Source of the DNA: a virus
Virus record (IMG/VR): IMGVR_UViG_3300010354_004913
Span: 1-64,000 of that record
DNA: 64,000 bases
Strand: one strand, 5' to 3'
Below are positions 1 through 8,778 of the stretch, piece after piece (the stretch's first letter is position 1; each line of letters starts with the position of its first letter). Below the pieces are notes generated by a model. The model saw only the letters and a program-made list of their open reading frames with translations, did no database searches and was not told where the DNA came from. The position numbers and the translations under genes were made by a program.

Positions 1-1
1 C

Positions 2-526
2 GTTGGATTAGGCTTGTACTTGGCAGACAAGAACAAGGGCGTGTTCAAGGACACATTCTTGACTTTCTCCAGCAAGCCACAGTTGGTTACTTTGAAGGGC
101 GACATCGTCCAAAAGGTTGACCAAATGAGTAAGTCTAACTGGGAAATGAGCACTGACCTACATGCGGCTATGAACAAAATTCTAGACGTTGCGGTTAAGA
201 ACTCTGTTCCTCAAAGTGACATGCCAGCCATGTTGCTTGTATTGAGTGACATGCAGTTCAACCAATGTGCTCGTTATGACGACTCTGCTATGCAGATGAT
301 CGAACGCAAGTTTGAGGCAGCGGGTTACACCGTTCCGCAAGTTGTGTTCTGGAACCTAAACGCAAGTGATAACGTTCCAGTCAAGGCTGACAAGTCGGGT
401 GCGGCTTTGGTTAGCGGATTTAGTCCAAGCATCATGAAGGCTCTGCTTTCCGCTGATTTGGCTCAATTCACTCCAGAGGGCATCATGCTTAAGACTGTAA
501 TGGTCCCACGCTACGACCTCAGCTAA
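2..526 (+). CDS. vWA-domain protein of DUF2828 type (5'-truncated by window)
   Basis: Frame open from base 2 (VGLGLYLADK...). FLTFSSKP, W.MSTD, LVLSDMQF, VFWNL and LVSGFSP motifs are typical of DUF2828/TROVE-like vWA proteins. Confidence 0.7.
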   Translation, partial: VGLGLYLADKNKGVFKDTFLTFSSKPQLVTLKGDIVQKVDQMSKSNWEMSTDLHAAMNKILDVAVKNSVPQSDMPAMLLVLSDMQFNQCARYDDSAMQMIERKFEAAGYTVPQVVFWNLNASDNVPVKADKSGAALVSGFSPSIMKALLSADLAQFTPEGIMLKTVMVPRYDLS

Positions 527-543
527 AAAGTATTACTTTTTGG

Positions 544-569
544 ATAGCACCTTCGGGTGCTATTTTTTT
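544..569 (+). terminator. Rho-independent terminator
   Basis: ATAGCACC-TTCG-GGTGCTAT hairpin followed by a T-run, just after a stop codon. Confidence 0.9.
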
Positions 570-572
570 AGG

Positions 573-601
573 TTGACTTTACCAAAATTAGATAGTATAA
601 T
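573..601 (+). promoter_or_regulatory. sigma70-type (early) promoter
   Basis: TTGACT-17 nt-TATAAT, then AAGGAG RBS before ATG 622. Confidence 0.85.
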
Positions 602-621
602 AAAAAATAAGGAGAGCGAAC

Positions 622-1125
622 ATGCCGTGGATTCAAAATGTAGCACTAGAAGATATTCCCAAAGGGCATCATGTTCGTGTGGGCGAGAATAGTATGCTTA
701 TTCAGATTGTTGATCCGTGTATGATGTTTCCTACACCCTTACACAAATTTAAAGAAGTTCATCAGTTTGAATTTCTAGATTTGGAAAGAGATGACAAATG
801 GGGTGAAGAATTCAAAGTTACTGATGCTCAAGCTGAACAATTAGTTGGCTTGCTACAACATGCCCTTGAGCGAAGAATGGACGTTGTTGTTCATTGCGTA
901 GCCGGTGTTTGTCGTAGTGGTGCTGTCTGCGAAGTTGGTGTTATGATGGGCTTTCAAGACACCGAGGCCTATCGTAGCCCTAACTTGATGGTCAAGCACA
1001 AGATGATGCGAGTCTTGGGCTGGACCTACGATGAAAATGAACCCTACACTATAAATGGTGTACCTATAGAATACGATGAATTGGGAAACAAGAAAATTTG
1101 GATCCTGCCAATTAAAGGAGAATAA
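622..1125 (+). CDS. Cys-based protein tyrosine/dual-specificity phosphatase-like protein
   Basis: HCVAGVCRS = HCxxGxxRS catalytic loop. Confidence 0.75.
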   Translation: MPWIQNVALEDIPKGHHVRVGENSMLIQIVDPCMMFPTPLHKFKEVHQFEFLDLERDDKWGEEFKVTDAQAEQLVGLLQHALERRMDVVVHCVAGVCRSGAVCEVGVMMGFQDTEAYRSPNLMVKHKMMRVLGWTYDENEPYTINGVPIEYDELGNKKIWILPIKGE

Positions 1126-1126
1126 T

Positions 1127-1732
1127 ATGCCTAGCGTATTTTTAGTGAGCGACACGCACTTTGGGCATACTGGAGTTTGTCGCTTCACAAGAGATGATGG
1201 TGTTACCAAATTACGTCCCTGGGACAGTCCTGAAGAAATGGACGAAGCCATGGTTAAAGCTTGGAACGAACGAGTTAAGCCCACGGATAAGGTTTACCAT
1301 CTTGGAGATGCGGTTATAAACCGCAAGGCCTTAAAGACATTAGGCCGCCTTAACGGCGACAAGGTTTTAATTCGTGGCAATCACGATATCTTTCGTGACA
1401 CAGAATATGGACAGTACTTCCGTGAGTTACGTGCTTATCACGTTATGAACGGATTAATCTTAAGCCATATTCCTGTACACGAAGCCAGTATGGGTCGTTT
1501 TGGTACTAACATTCACGGACACTTACACGCCAACCGTGTCAAGCGAGCTCGTGGTGTTGATGCTAGAACAGGTGAAGTTTTATACAGCGATGAGATTGAT
1601 GTTCGTTATCATTGCGTCTGTGTGGAACAAACGCCGGATTTTGCGCCTATCTTATTTGAAGATGTGTTAAAGCGTATTCAAGAAGAAGGTGGTGTAGTTG
1701 GTTTCCGCAACGGTAACGGACCTACAATGTGA
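1127..1732 (+). CDS. calcineurin-like metallophosphoesterase
   Basis: SDTHFGH, HLGD, GNHD and HGHLH motifs; start moved to ATG 1127 after an AGGAG RBS. Confidence 0.85.
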   Translation: MPSVFLVSDTHFGHTGVCRFTRDDGVTKLRPWDSPEEMDEAMVKAWNERVKPTDKVYHLGDAVINRKALKTLGRLNGDKVLIRGNHDIFRDTEYGQYFRELRAYHVMNGLILSHIPVHEASMGRFGTNIHGHLHANRVKRARGVDARTGEVLYSDEIDVRYHCVCVEQTPDFAPILFEDVLKRIQEEGGVVGFRNGNGPTM

Positions 1733-1938
1733 TGAGAGAGCTGAAAAAAGAACTGTGGCCTTGCCGAGTGGTTGTAGGCAGTGATTGGAAAAACGATATC
1801 ACTCCTATCGAACTCTGGCTTGGCAAACAGTTCGGAACTTTTAGAGGACGTTGGTATGTCGTTTATCAACACAACGAAACACATTTTTATTTTCGTAATC
1901 AAAAAGATGCCAATTGGTTTGCGTTAAGGTGGTCATGA
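1729..1938 (+). CDS. small phage hypothetical protein (F....DA.WF.L.W C-terminal family)
   Basis: Coupled ORF; C-terminus FRNQKDANWFALRWS resembles the next gene. Confidence 0.6.
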   Translation: MMRELKKELWPCRVVVGSDWKNDITPIELWLGKQFGTFRGRWYVVYQHNETHFYFRNQKDANWFALRWS

Positions 1939-2147
1939 TGTCATTATATAAAGTAGTTTATCATAGATTAGAACAAGGACAGTTAGCAGGACACATTCGC
2001 AGTCTATTAGATTATAATGTGGATCGTTGGTTGGAAGAACATTGTAAGGGACGCTACTATCACAATCCTGGATGGACAGATACTAAGTTTATTGAGTTTG
2101 AAGATAGCAGAGATGCCATGTGGTTTGCTTTGAAATATGGAAGGTAA
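1935..2147 (+). CDS. small phage hypothetical protein, paralogue of the preceding gene
   Basis: ATGA overlap; C-terminus FEDSRDAMWFALKY. Confidence 0.6.
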   Translation: MMSLYKVVYHRLEQGQLAGHIRSLLDYNVDRWLEEHCKGRYYHNPGWTDTKFIEFEDSRDAMWFALKYGR

Positions 2148-2153
2148 GTAAAA

Positions 2154-2528
2154 ATGTTAATCACAGATGATCAATTTAGATTTGAATGGTACAGTGGTAC
2201 TGGCAAAGGAGGCCAGCACCGTAACAAGCATCAAAACTGTTGCCGTTGTATTCACGAACCTACTGGTATTAGTGCCAACGGTACTGAAAGTCGTAGTAGA
2301 GAAGATAACAAACGTATGGCTTTAACCACTTGCCGTAGTCGGGTAGCCGCATACTTTCACAAAGACAAGGAGCGATTCCTTGCTGGCAATGAACGCATTA
2401 GGACTTATCACGAACCTGACAATCGTGTTACTGATCATGCCAGCGGCTATCAGGATACATATACCAATGTTGTAATAAAAGGCAATATGGAATCAGTAAT
2501 TGAAGCAAGATTAAAGGCGGTGAGATAA
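2154..2528 (+). CDS. class I release factor GGQ-domain protein (peptidyl-tRNA hydrolase-like, no codon-recognition domain)
   Basis: GTGKGGQHRNK, H.PTGI, RS...NK and RIRTY..PDNRVTDH motifs; only 124 aa. Confidence 0.8.
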   Translation: MLITDDQFRFEWYSGTGKGGQHRNKHQNCCRCIHEPTGISANGTESRSREDNKRMALTTCRSRVAAYFHKDKERFLAGNERIRTYHEPDNRVTDHASGYQDTYTNVVIKGNMESVIEARLKAVR

Positions 2529-2971
2529 TGTTTGATCATAAAGAACAAGACTTACATAACCAAAAGTCCTTGGCATTTCCACAGATTGGAGACTATTGGC
2601 ACGAAATGTTCTGTCCCTACTTTGTCATAGTGAACAAGGAAGGGGACAAATTCCGTGTGCTCAGTTGCCTGGGTGGTCCTAAAAGTTTTACTCGTAAAGA
2701 TGAACTTAACGCACAGATAGAAGTGGATAATGGTCATTGGGGCTTTGACTACTCAAAGAGTATGCTGGTGGATCACGAGTGGATTAGACAGACCGTGACT
2801 TATGAAAGCATTGATGGCTTTGTGGCGGATGTAGTCAATACAGAAAAAACTCAACGCATAGCAGAAGAATGGCGAAAGTTTATGGGTCAGGAAATTCGCA
2901 GAAAGATCCAAACGCTACAGGATGAATATGAGCAATTCACCGGTTGGAAATATTTAAAAGAGAGTGTATAA
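2528..2971 (+). CDS. hypothetical protein
   Basis: 147-aa ORF coupled by TAATG overlap. Confidence 0.6.
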   Translation: MFDHKEQDLHNQKSLAFPQIGDYWHEMFCPYFVIVNKEGDKFRVLSCLGGPKSFTRKDELNAQIEVDNGHWGFDYSKSMLVDHEWIRQTVTYESIDGFVADVVNTEKTQRIAEEWRKFMGQEIRRKIQTLQDEYEQFTGWKYLKESV

Positions 2972-3171
2972 TGGAAGAAGATCGAGAACATATTGGATAC
3001 ATTGAACGAGAAGAAGGATATTACAAATTGTATGCTCCTCCTAAAGGTTCAATCGTTACCCATGCTTTCATACTTTGTAAATATTGTAACGGCTCAATTT
3101 ATCACTGTATGGGACCAAAGTATGATGCGGTATGTTTTAGTTGTTATGAAAAAGATCCGGAGTTAAGATAA
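2971..3171 (+). CDS. small Cys-rich (CxxC...CxxC) hypothetical protein
   Basis: TAATG overlap; CKYC and CFSC. Confidence 0.55.
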   Translation: MEEDREHIGYIEREEGYYKLYAPPKGSIVTHAFILCKYCNGSIYHCMGPKYDAVCFSCYEKDPELR

Positions 3172-3362
3172 TGTATATTCGTAAAGCAGAAGTAGAAAAG
3201 ATTTTGGAAATTTTGAACAGCTTTCCAGAAGCTGACGGATTTCGACTTGATCAAGACAATAGTTCAGGTATTGGATCTGTTGTAAGCATTACAATATCTA
3301 CACAGGTCAACGGGCACCACGGAGAATTTAAAATTGAAATCAGTGGCGTGGAGAATTGGTAA
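3171..3362 (+). CDS. hypothetical protein
   Basis: TAATG-coupled 63-aa ORF. Confidence 0.6.
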   Translation: MYIRKAEVEKILEILNSFPEADGFRLDQDNSSGIGSVVSITISTQVNGHHGEFKIEISGVENW

Positions 3363-3823
3363 TGCCTAAATGTTACCAATTAATTGGAGTTCCTGCCAGC
3401 GGCAAAACAACCTGGGTCAACAGTCAAGATTGGGCTGTAACCTGCGCTTACGTTAGCACAGATAAGTGGGTAGATATTTACGCTCGTGAAGTAGGTAAAA
3501 CTTACAGTCAAGTGTTTACCGACTTTATGCCCACTGCTGTTGAACTTATGGCTAAAGAAGTTATAGTGGCTAGAGAACTAGGACGAGATATTGTTTGGGA
3601 TCAAACTAGTACTACCGTAAAAAGTCGTCTAAAAAAATTTAAGATGCTACCAGATTATGAGCATATTGCTGTAGTCTTTAAGACTCCTGAACATAAAGAA
3701 TTATATCGTAGACTTTTGAATCGACCGGGTAAAGAGATCCCCGATCATGTTATTGCCAGTATGATCTCTAGTTTTGAAATGCCTACACTGGAAGAGGGAT
3801 TCTATGAAATTTGGCATGCTTAG
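3362..3823 (+). CDS. P-loop kinase (AAA_33/polynucleotide kinase-like)
   Basis: GVPASGKTT Walker A, VSTD, DQT...R, P...EGF. Confidence 0.8.
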   Translation: MPKCYQLIGVPASGKTTWVNSQDWAVTCAYVSTDKWVDIYAREVGKTYSQVFTDFMPTAVELMAKEVIVARELGRDIVWDQTSTTVKSRLKKFKMLPDYEHIAVVFKTPEHKELYRRLLNRPGKEIPDHVIASMISSFEMPTLEEGFYEIWHA

Positions 3824-5051
3824 TATTATCTTTCTGCTGCTAGTCGGGTGCGGTGGTGGAGGCGACTCACAACTTAGTCAAGATACCTCGTGTAGTGTAA
3901 CAAGAAAAACAGTTACATATCCCAACGATTATTTAGGAGGGTATGCCATACCTGCTCCGAGCGGTAAACTTCCAAATCAAATAGAACGAAGCATTGACTT
4001 AAAAGACTACTGGCCAGGAATAAGCAAACTTCCCTCTGGCTGTACAGACAAAATTTTATATTCTAGAAATTTATATAAAGAAACACTGGATAGAATTAAA
4101 GAATTAGGAGCAGAAACAGTTTGGGTTACTAATTACGGGCCGTGGGCAGATTTAAATCAAGTGCCGTGGCAGTTAAGTTCCAATGTACAAATTCCAGAGG
4201 AAGAACTAAAGTTTCTTGTTTCTGAAATCAAAAAGCGCGGAATGACTGTAAGATTTTTATGGCAAATGTATAACGTAGATGTAAAAGGTAATAGCTATCC
4301 GTCTAATTTCACAGAATCTCAATTAGATAATTGGATGCTGTCGCATAGAAATTTAATGATTAATTTGTCTAAATTATCGCAACAATTGAATATAGATATG
4401 TTAGCTGTAGATTGGCAAGCATTTTTTATTTCAAATTTGAGCAATGACGCTATTCTAAAAGAAAAGTATATTTCTGCTTTGTCATCTACTATAGACGAGA
4501 TCAAAAAAAATTACAGTGGCAAATTGTTATACGGCGCCAGTGGCCACAGCATTGGGGATCCGAGGATTTTATCTAAAGTTGACTATGTTAGAAGTAGTTT
4601 ACAAATATATCTAACCGAGCAAGAACATAGTCTTTTATCTGTAAATACCATAAAAAATAAGTATATAGAACATTTAAGGCAGTTTGCTGAGCTAACAAAT
4701 AGTTTTCAGGCTTACCCAAATTTAAAGCTAGAAGTATTATCTTCCGTTCAAAGTAGAGACAAATATTTTCTCGATGGATGGGTAGAAGACGGATTTTGTG
4801 TTAGCTCGTGTATTCAAAACAGTTATAAAACTGACTTTTCAGTACAAGCAATGGGCATAGAAGCTACTTTTCAAGCTGTTATTGAACAAAGACTATTGCC
4901 TGTTACTGCCATTACAGTAGGGCCTTTTTGGCATACTGACGATATAAAACCTACTGGTCTTAATACAACATTAGAATTTCCGAATTTATCAGGATCAATT
5001 AGAAATAAACCAGCTGAAAACATTGTAAAACACTGGTTTAGTAAAAATTAA
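3804..5051 (+). CDS. lipoprotein with TIM-barrel glycoside hydrolase-like (GH113-like) domain
   Basis: Lipobox LLVG-C followed by GGGG; C-terminal IRNKPAE..VK.WF resembles GH113. Confidence 0.5.
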   Translation: MKFGMLSIIFLLLVGCGGGGDSQLSQDTSCSVTRKTVTYPNDYLGGYAIPAPSGKLPNQIERSIDLKDYWPGISKLPSGCTDKILYSRNLYKETLDRIKELGAETVWVTNYGPWADLNQVPWQLSSNVQIPEEELKFLVSEIKKRGMTVRFLWQMYNVDVKGNSYPSNFTESQLDNWMLSHRNLMINLSKLSQQLNIDMLAVDWQAFFISNLSNDAILKEKYISALSSTIDEIKKNYSGKLLYGASGHSIGDPRILSKVDYVRSSLQIYLTEQEHSLLSVNTIKNKYIEHLRQFAELTNSFQAYPNLKLEVLSSVQSRDKYFLDGWVEDGFCVSSCIQNSYKTDFSVQAMGIEATFQAVIEQRLLPVTAITVGPFWHTDDIKPTGLNTTLEFPNLSGSIRNKPAENIVKHWFSKN

Positions 5052-5069
5052 ATACGTTGTATATTACCC

Positions 5070-5097
5070 ATAGGGCTCATATGAGCCCTATTTTTTT
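5070..5097 (+). terminator. Rho-independent terminator
   Basis: Perfect palindrome ATAGGGCTCATATGAGCCCTAT followed by a T-run. Confidence 0.85.
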
Positions 5098-5105
5098 GGT
5101 TAAAA

Positions 5106-5127
5106 TAAATACTGTTATGAATAAATA
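5106..5127 (+). promoter_or_regulatory. putative late promoter motifs (TAAATA x2)
   Basis: TAAATA at 5106 and 5122 upstream of the tail-fibre genes; no -35 box. Confidence 0.5.
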
Positions 5128-5162
5128 AAGTATAGAAGCTCAAGGACCACGCGGAGTATAAT

Positions 5163-5414
5163 ATGGCATTTCAAATCAGAAGAGGTACAAACGCTCAAAG
5201 ATTAACTATAATTCCCCTTCAAGGCGAATTAATTTTTACCACTGATACCAAAGCTCTGTACGTAGGAGACGGAACAACCGTAGGCGGAGTAGCAGTAGGG
5301 TCAGGCGGAGGAGCTGCTCCTAGCGGCCCTTCTAATGATTATGGATTGTTTGGGGATGAAGACTACGGTAGTTTTGCTACACCCGCTGGCGATGAAGACT
5401 ACGGAACATTTTAA
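5163..5414 (+). CDS. mini tail-fibre-like protein (Mtd_N/hyaluronidase N-terminal domain plus DYGxF repeats)
   Basis: RRGT..QR...P.QGE...TTDT..LYVGDG domain shared with the next gene; three DYGxF repeats. Confidence 0.65.
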   Translation: MAFQIRRGTNAQRLTIIPLQGELIFTTDTKALYVGDGTTVGGVAVGSGGGAAPSGPSNDYGLFGDEDYGSFATPAGDEDYGTF

Positions 5415-5430
5415 GGATTAGGAGAAACAA

Positions 5431-7263
5431 ATGGCATTACGTCTAAGAAGAGGTACTAACGCTGGAAGATTGGGTATTACACCTGTCGAAGGCGAACTAA
5501 TTTACACTACCGACACAAAAACGGTATATGTAGGAGACGGTGTTACTGTTGGCGGAAATGCCGTTTCAGGAGGTGGCGGAGGTGGTGCCACCGATATCAA
5601 CAGTTTAACTGATGTTACAATTACTAGCCCCACTAATGGACAAGTATTAAAATATAATGGCACTGCTTGGGTCAATGGTACTGACGCTACAGGAGGTGGC
5701 GGAGGTGGGGCAACATACGAAATCAGCGCTGAAACTGCTACAGGCGGCGCTAATCTACGTTTAACTGGCAGTGATCTTACAACTGATGATGTAAAACTTG
5801 CTGAAGGTACTGGCATTACTATAACCAGAACTAATGCTAACACTATTACGATTCAGTCAACTGTGGTTGCTCCGTCAGTTTTAGGAGACTTAACTGATAC
5901 CAGTGTTGCTACTCCTTCAGTCAATGACATACTAAAATGGGACGGTGGTTCTTGGGCGTCATCAACATTAGAAATAAACGACATGACCAACGTCGATCTT
6001 GTTGGACAGGTCACCGGAGAATTATTAAAGTATGACGGAACAAATTGGGTAAATGCTAACGCAGCGCTATCAGAACTAAGCGATGTTACTATTTCAGGTA
6101 CACCGACAGTCGGGCAAGTTCTTGAATATGATGGTACTAAATGGGTCAATACTTCATTAAGTGCTAGTGTAACAACAGTAGCAGGAAGATCTGGAGCAGT
6201 GGTATTAACCACCCAAGACGTAGCTGAACATTCATCAGCATTATATTATACAGATGGCAAAGTAGATACACGTTTAACTAGTCTATTAAGTAACGGTACT
6301 CATACAGGAATAAACTGGGCCTACGATAACCCAACTAATAGTCTAAGCCTTACAGTATCATTTCCAGCGCTAAATCAAAATGATGTTTTAGATATAGTAG
6401 GTAATTGGATTGAAACAACTTCTACAACAGGTATTACTTATTCTTACGATGATACAACAAACTCGTTGACTAGCACAGTTAACTTCCCAACATTGAGCGC
6501 AGGCGACCTAAGCGACTTTGACGTAGACGCTCCTGAAGTTATTACCACTGGAGAGTTTTTACGTTGGAATGCGACTACTGATAAATGGGAAAATAGCACC
6601 TTAACTTTACCAGAAGTAGTTGATGACCTTACTCCCCAGTTAGGTGGTAACCTAAGTCTTAATGGTAAAGATATCACTGGTACAGGTAACATTAGTATAG
6701 TAGGTGACTCTACAATTGGTGGGCAAGTTTATATTGGAACTTCTGTTGAAGGTTACGCTGGTAGTTTGTTCATATATAATACAAGTCAAGGTGTATACGG
6801 AACACAACCTGGTATAATCAATGTTGAAAACTATTACAATGCAGCCAACGGTACACCTTTCATGAATTTCTTTAGAGGCCGAGGAACTCCAGCAGTACCA
6901 ATTGGAGTTACTTTAGGGGACTTCATCAGCGGATTTAGATTTATTGCTGGTGGTTCTGATCCTACACAACTTCCACAGCCTGCTGTTGTAGTAGCTGCCG
7001 GAACTGATCCAAACGGATCACTAAAAACTGATAATGCTCCAGGAACATTTGGAATTCAAATTAGAAATAACTCAGGTACACTATCTAACGCAATATCTTA
7101 TGATATGAACGGCTTAATGAGAGTGGCGCCTAATACTGCTGTTGCAGGTCCATCTTCTGGAGATGTAGACACAAGTGCCGTTGTAGGATATCTAAAAATT
7201 AAAATTAGCAGTTCACCAACTAGCACTGTTTATGCTATTCCGTACTACGCAATTCGTCCGTAA
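5431..7263 (+). CDS. tail fibre protein
   Basis: Mtd_N-like N-terminus, poly-Gly linkers, about 5 repeats of L.D.....P..G..L.(Y/W).G..W.N, DLTPQLGGNL motif; AGGAG RBS. Confidence 0.8.
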   Translation: MALRLRRGTNAGRLGITPVEGELIYTTDTKTVYVGDGVTVGGNAVSGGGGGGATDINSLTDVTITSPTNGQVLKYNGTAWVNGTDATGGGGGGATYEISAETATGGANLRLTGSDLTTDDVKLAEGTGITITRTNANTITIQSTVVAPSVLGDLTDTSVATPSVNDILKWDGGSWASSTLEINDMTNVDLVGQVTGELLKYDGTNWVNANAALSELSDVTISGTPTVGQVLEYDGTKWVNTSLSASVTTVAGRSGAVVLTTQDVAEHSSALYYTDGKVDTRLTSLLSNGTHTGINWAYDNPTNSLSLTVSFPALNQNDVLDIVGNWIETTSTTGITYSYDDTTNSLTSTVNFPTLSAGDLSDFDVDAPEVITTGEFLRWNATTDKWENSTLTLPEVVDDLTPQLGGNLSLNGKDITGTGNISIVGDSTIGGQVYIGTSVEGYAGSLFIYNTSQGVYGTQPGIINVENYYNAANGTPFMNFFRGRGTPAVPIGVTLGDFISGFRFIAGGSDPTQLPQPAVVVAAGTDPNGSLKTDNAPGTFGIQIRNNSGTLSNAISYDMNGLMRVAPNTAVAGPSSGDVDTSAVVGYLKIKISSSPTSTVYAIPYYAIRP

Positions 7264-7275
7264 TAGATTAAAAAT

Positions 7276-7303
7276 AAAAATCCCCCATATGGGGGATTTT
7301 TTT
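7276..7303. terminator. bidirectional Rho-independent terminator
   Basis: AAAAATCCCCC-ATAT-GGGGGATTTTT between convergent genes. Confidence 0.85.
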
Positions 7304-7319
7304 GGCTATATATTTTAAA

Positions 7320-8543
7320 TTAAGCAGACAGATATGATCTTAACCAACTAGCATATGTTTGACCATTATCTAATTTAGCAAGTTGATCATTAGTTGTTTG
7401 AGGCATTTTTTCTCGATCCTGTAAAATATAAGCCCACGACGACCGAGGGAAACAGTTGTTTCGACGATACAGTTCAATAGGAACATTTTTATAATGATTC
7501 CAATAGTCATTATCACGATGACTAAATTTGTAATGAGCTACTATGAAATCAACAGTTACATCAAATTCGTAATTAAGAGTACGATTATACATAACAGGAG
7601 TCAATCGTTCATGCATCAACAAATCTAATTTTTTTATGCTAAATGCTGTAAAATATAGTCCAGTGGCTTCTAAAGGCTCAATAAAGGCACTGCTTAAACC
7701 TATAGAAACTAGTTTTTTGTTTCCTAGATCTTTATAGTGATATCTATTACGACCTGTTACCATATTAACTTCTCTAACTTCAGGCCGGCCAAAACCTTCT
7801 TTTTCTAGGTAATCTAAAAATTCATTCTTAACATCAAATTTACCGTCATGTACATAGCCTATACCTATTTCGTCTCGCAATGGTATATTCCATATCCAGC
7901 CGTGATCCATGGCTCGTGATGTGGTGTAGGAAAATCTTTTATGTTCTGGAATAGTTGTTCTATAGACTAAAGCTTTGTTATTAGGCACAGATTTATCAAT
8001 TGATAGAAAATTATCTTCGTAGTATTTGTTTACAAAGGCTCGTTTAAATCCAGTACAGTCAATTAGCCAATCGCAGTCTACTTCGTCTACTGATTCTACA
8101 GTTCGTCTTTCTATAGTAAGATTGTCAAATCTTTCAAACCACTTGTCTAAAAATTTAGCAAGATTAGCCACACTAAAATGAAATGCTATATCATAAGATT
8201 CTATATTTTCTGGAATCTTATCGTTTTCCATCATATGTACTAGTTCAGGTGCTTCTGGACTATTCCCACCAAACGGATGAAAATAGTCATGCGGTAAAAA
8301 TCCTTCAAACTTTATACCCAGTTTTAAACTGCCACCTATTTCTTTTATGATATGATCAACAGTTATCCCGCACTCTCTAAAAAAATTTGTAACTTGAGGT
8401 ACTGTTCCTTCGCCTACTCCAATAGTAACATTGTTTTCAGGATATATCCATTTAATTTTATAATGAGGATATTTTGTACAAAAATATAAAGTAGACATAT
8501 ACCCTGAAGTACCAGCTCCAATAACAGCAATAGTTTTACTCAT
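7320..8543 (-). CDS. flavin-dependent (tryptophan halogenase-like) enzyme
   Basis: GAGTSG FAD motif, IGVGEGT, KLGIKF, GWIWNIPL (WxWxIP), FIEPLEATGL. Confidence 0.85.
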   Translation of the reverse strand: MSKTIAVIGAGTSGYMSTLYFCTKYPHYKIKWIYPENNVTIGVGEGTVPQVTNFFRECGITVDHIIKEIGGSLKLGIKFEGFLPHDYFHPFGGNSPEAPELVHMMENDKIPENIESYDIAFHFSVANLAKFLDKWFERFDNLTIERRTVESVDEVDCDWLIDCTGFKRAFVNKYYEDNFLSIDKSVPNNKALVYRTTIPEHKRFSYTTSRAMDHGWIWNIPLRDEIGIGYVHDGKFDVKNEFLDYLEKEGFGRPEVREVNMVTGRNRYHYKDLGNKKLVSIGLSSAFIEPLEATGLYFTAFSIKKLDLLMHERLTPVMYNRTLNYEFDVTVDFIVAHYKFSHRDNDYWNHYKNVPIELYRRNNCFPRSSWAYILQDREKMPQTTNDQLAKLDNGQTYASWLRSYLSA

Positions 8544-8778
8544 AATCTCTCCTTGCTTGTTTTATCATATCTTTATATTCATCATTTGGATGATTCACGA
8601 GATGAGAGTGATATATGTTAATAATTGTTTTAGGAGCAACTCCGTCGAATATAGTTGGTATAATTCCGTGAATAATACTTGTTATACCAGCATATATCAA
8701 TTTAAATCCTGCTAATACAGCCCAAATTAAATGTGAAAAATAGGTGCTTTTACTTTTGGTAAGATGCTCTTTAAACAT
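8536..8778 (-). CDS. DUF6356-like small membrane-associated protein
   Basis: HL......Y..H...A......AG....IH...P.IF pattern. Confidence 0.6.
   Translation of the reverse strand: MFKEHLTKSKSTYFSHLIWAVLAGFKLIYAGITSIIHGIIPTIFDGVAPKTIINIYHSHLVNHPNDEYKDMIKQARRDYE

Noticed and set aside
5163-7263. Diversity-generating retroelement suggested by Mtd_N-like domains
   Set aside because: No reverse transcriptase and no TR/VR pair differing at adenines was seen in the window; this N-terminal domain is a generic fibre anchor.
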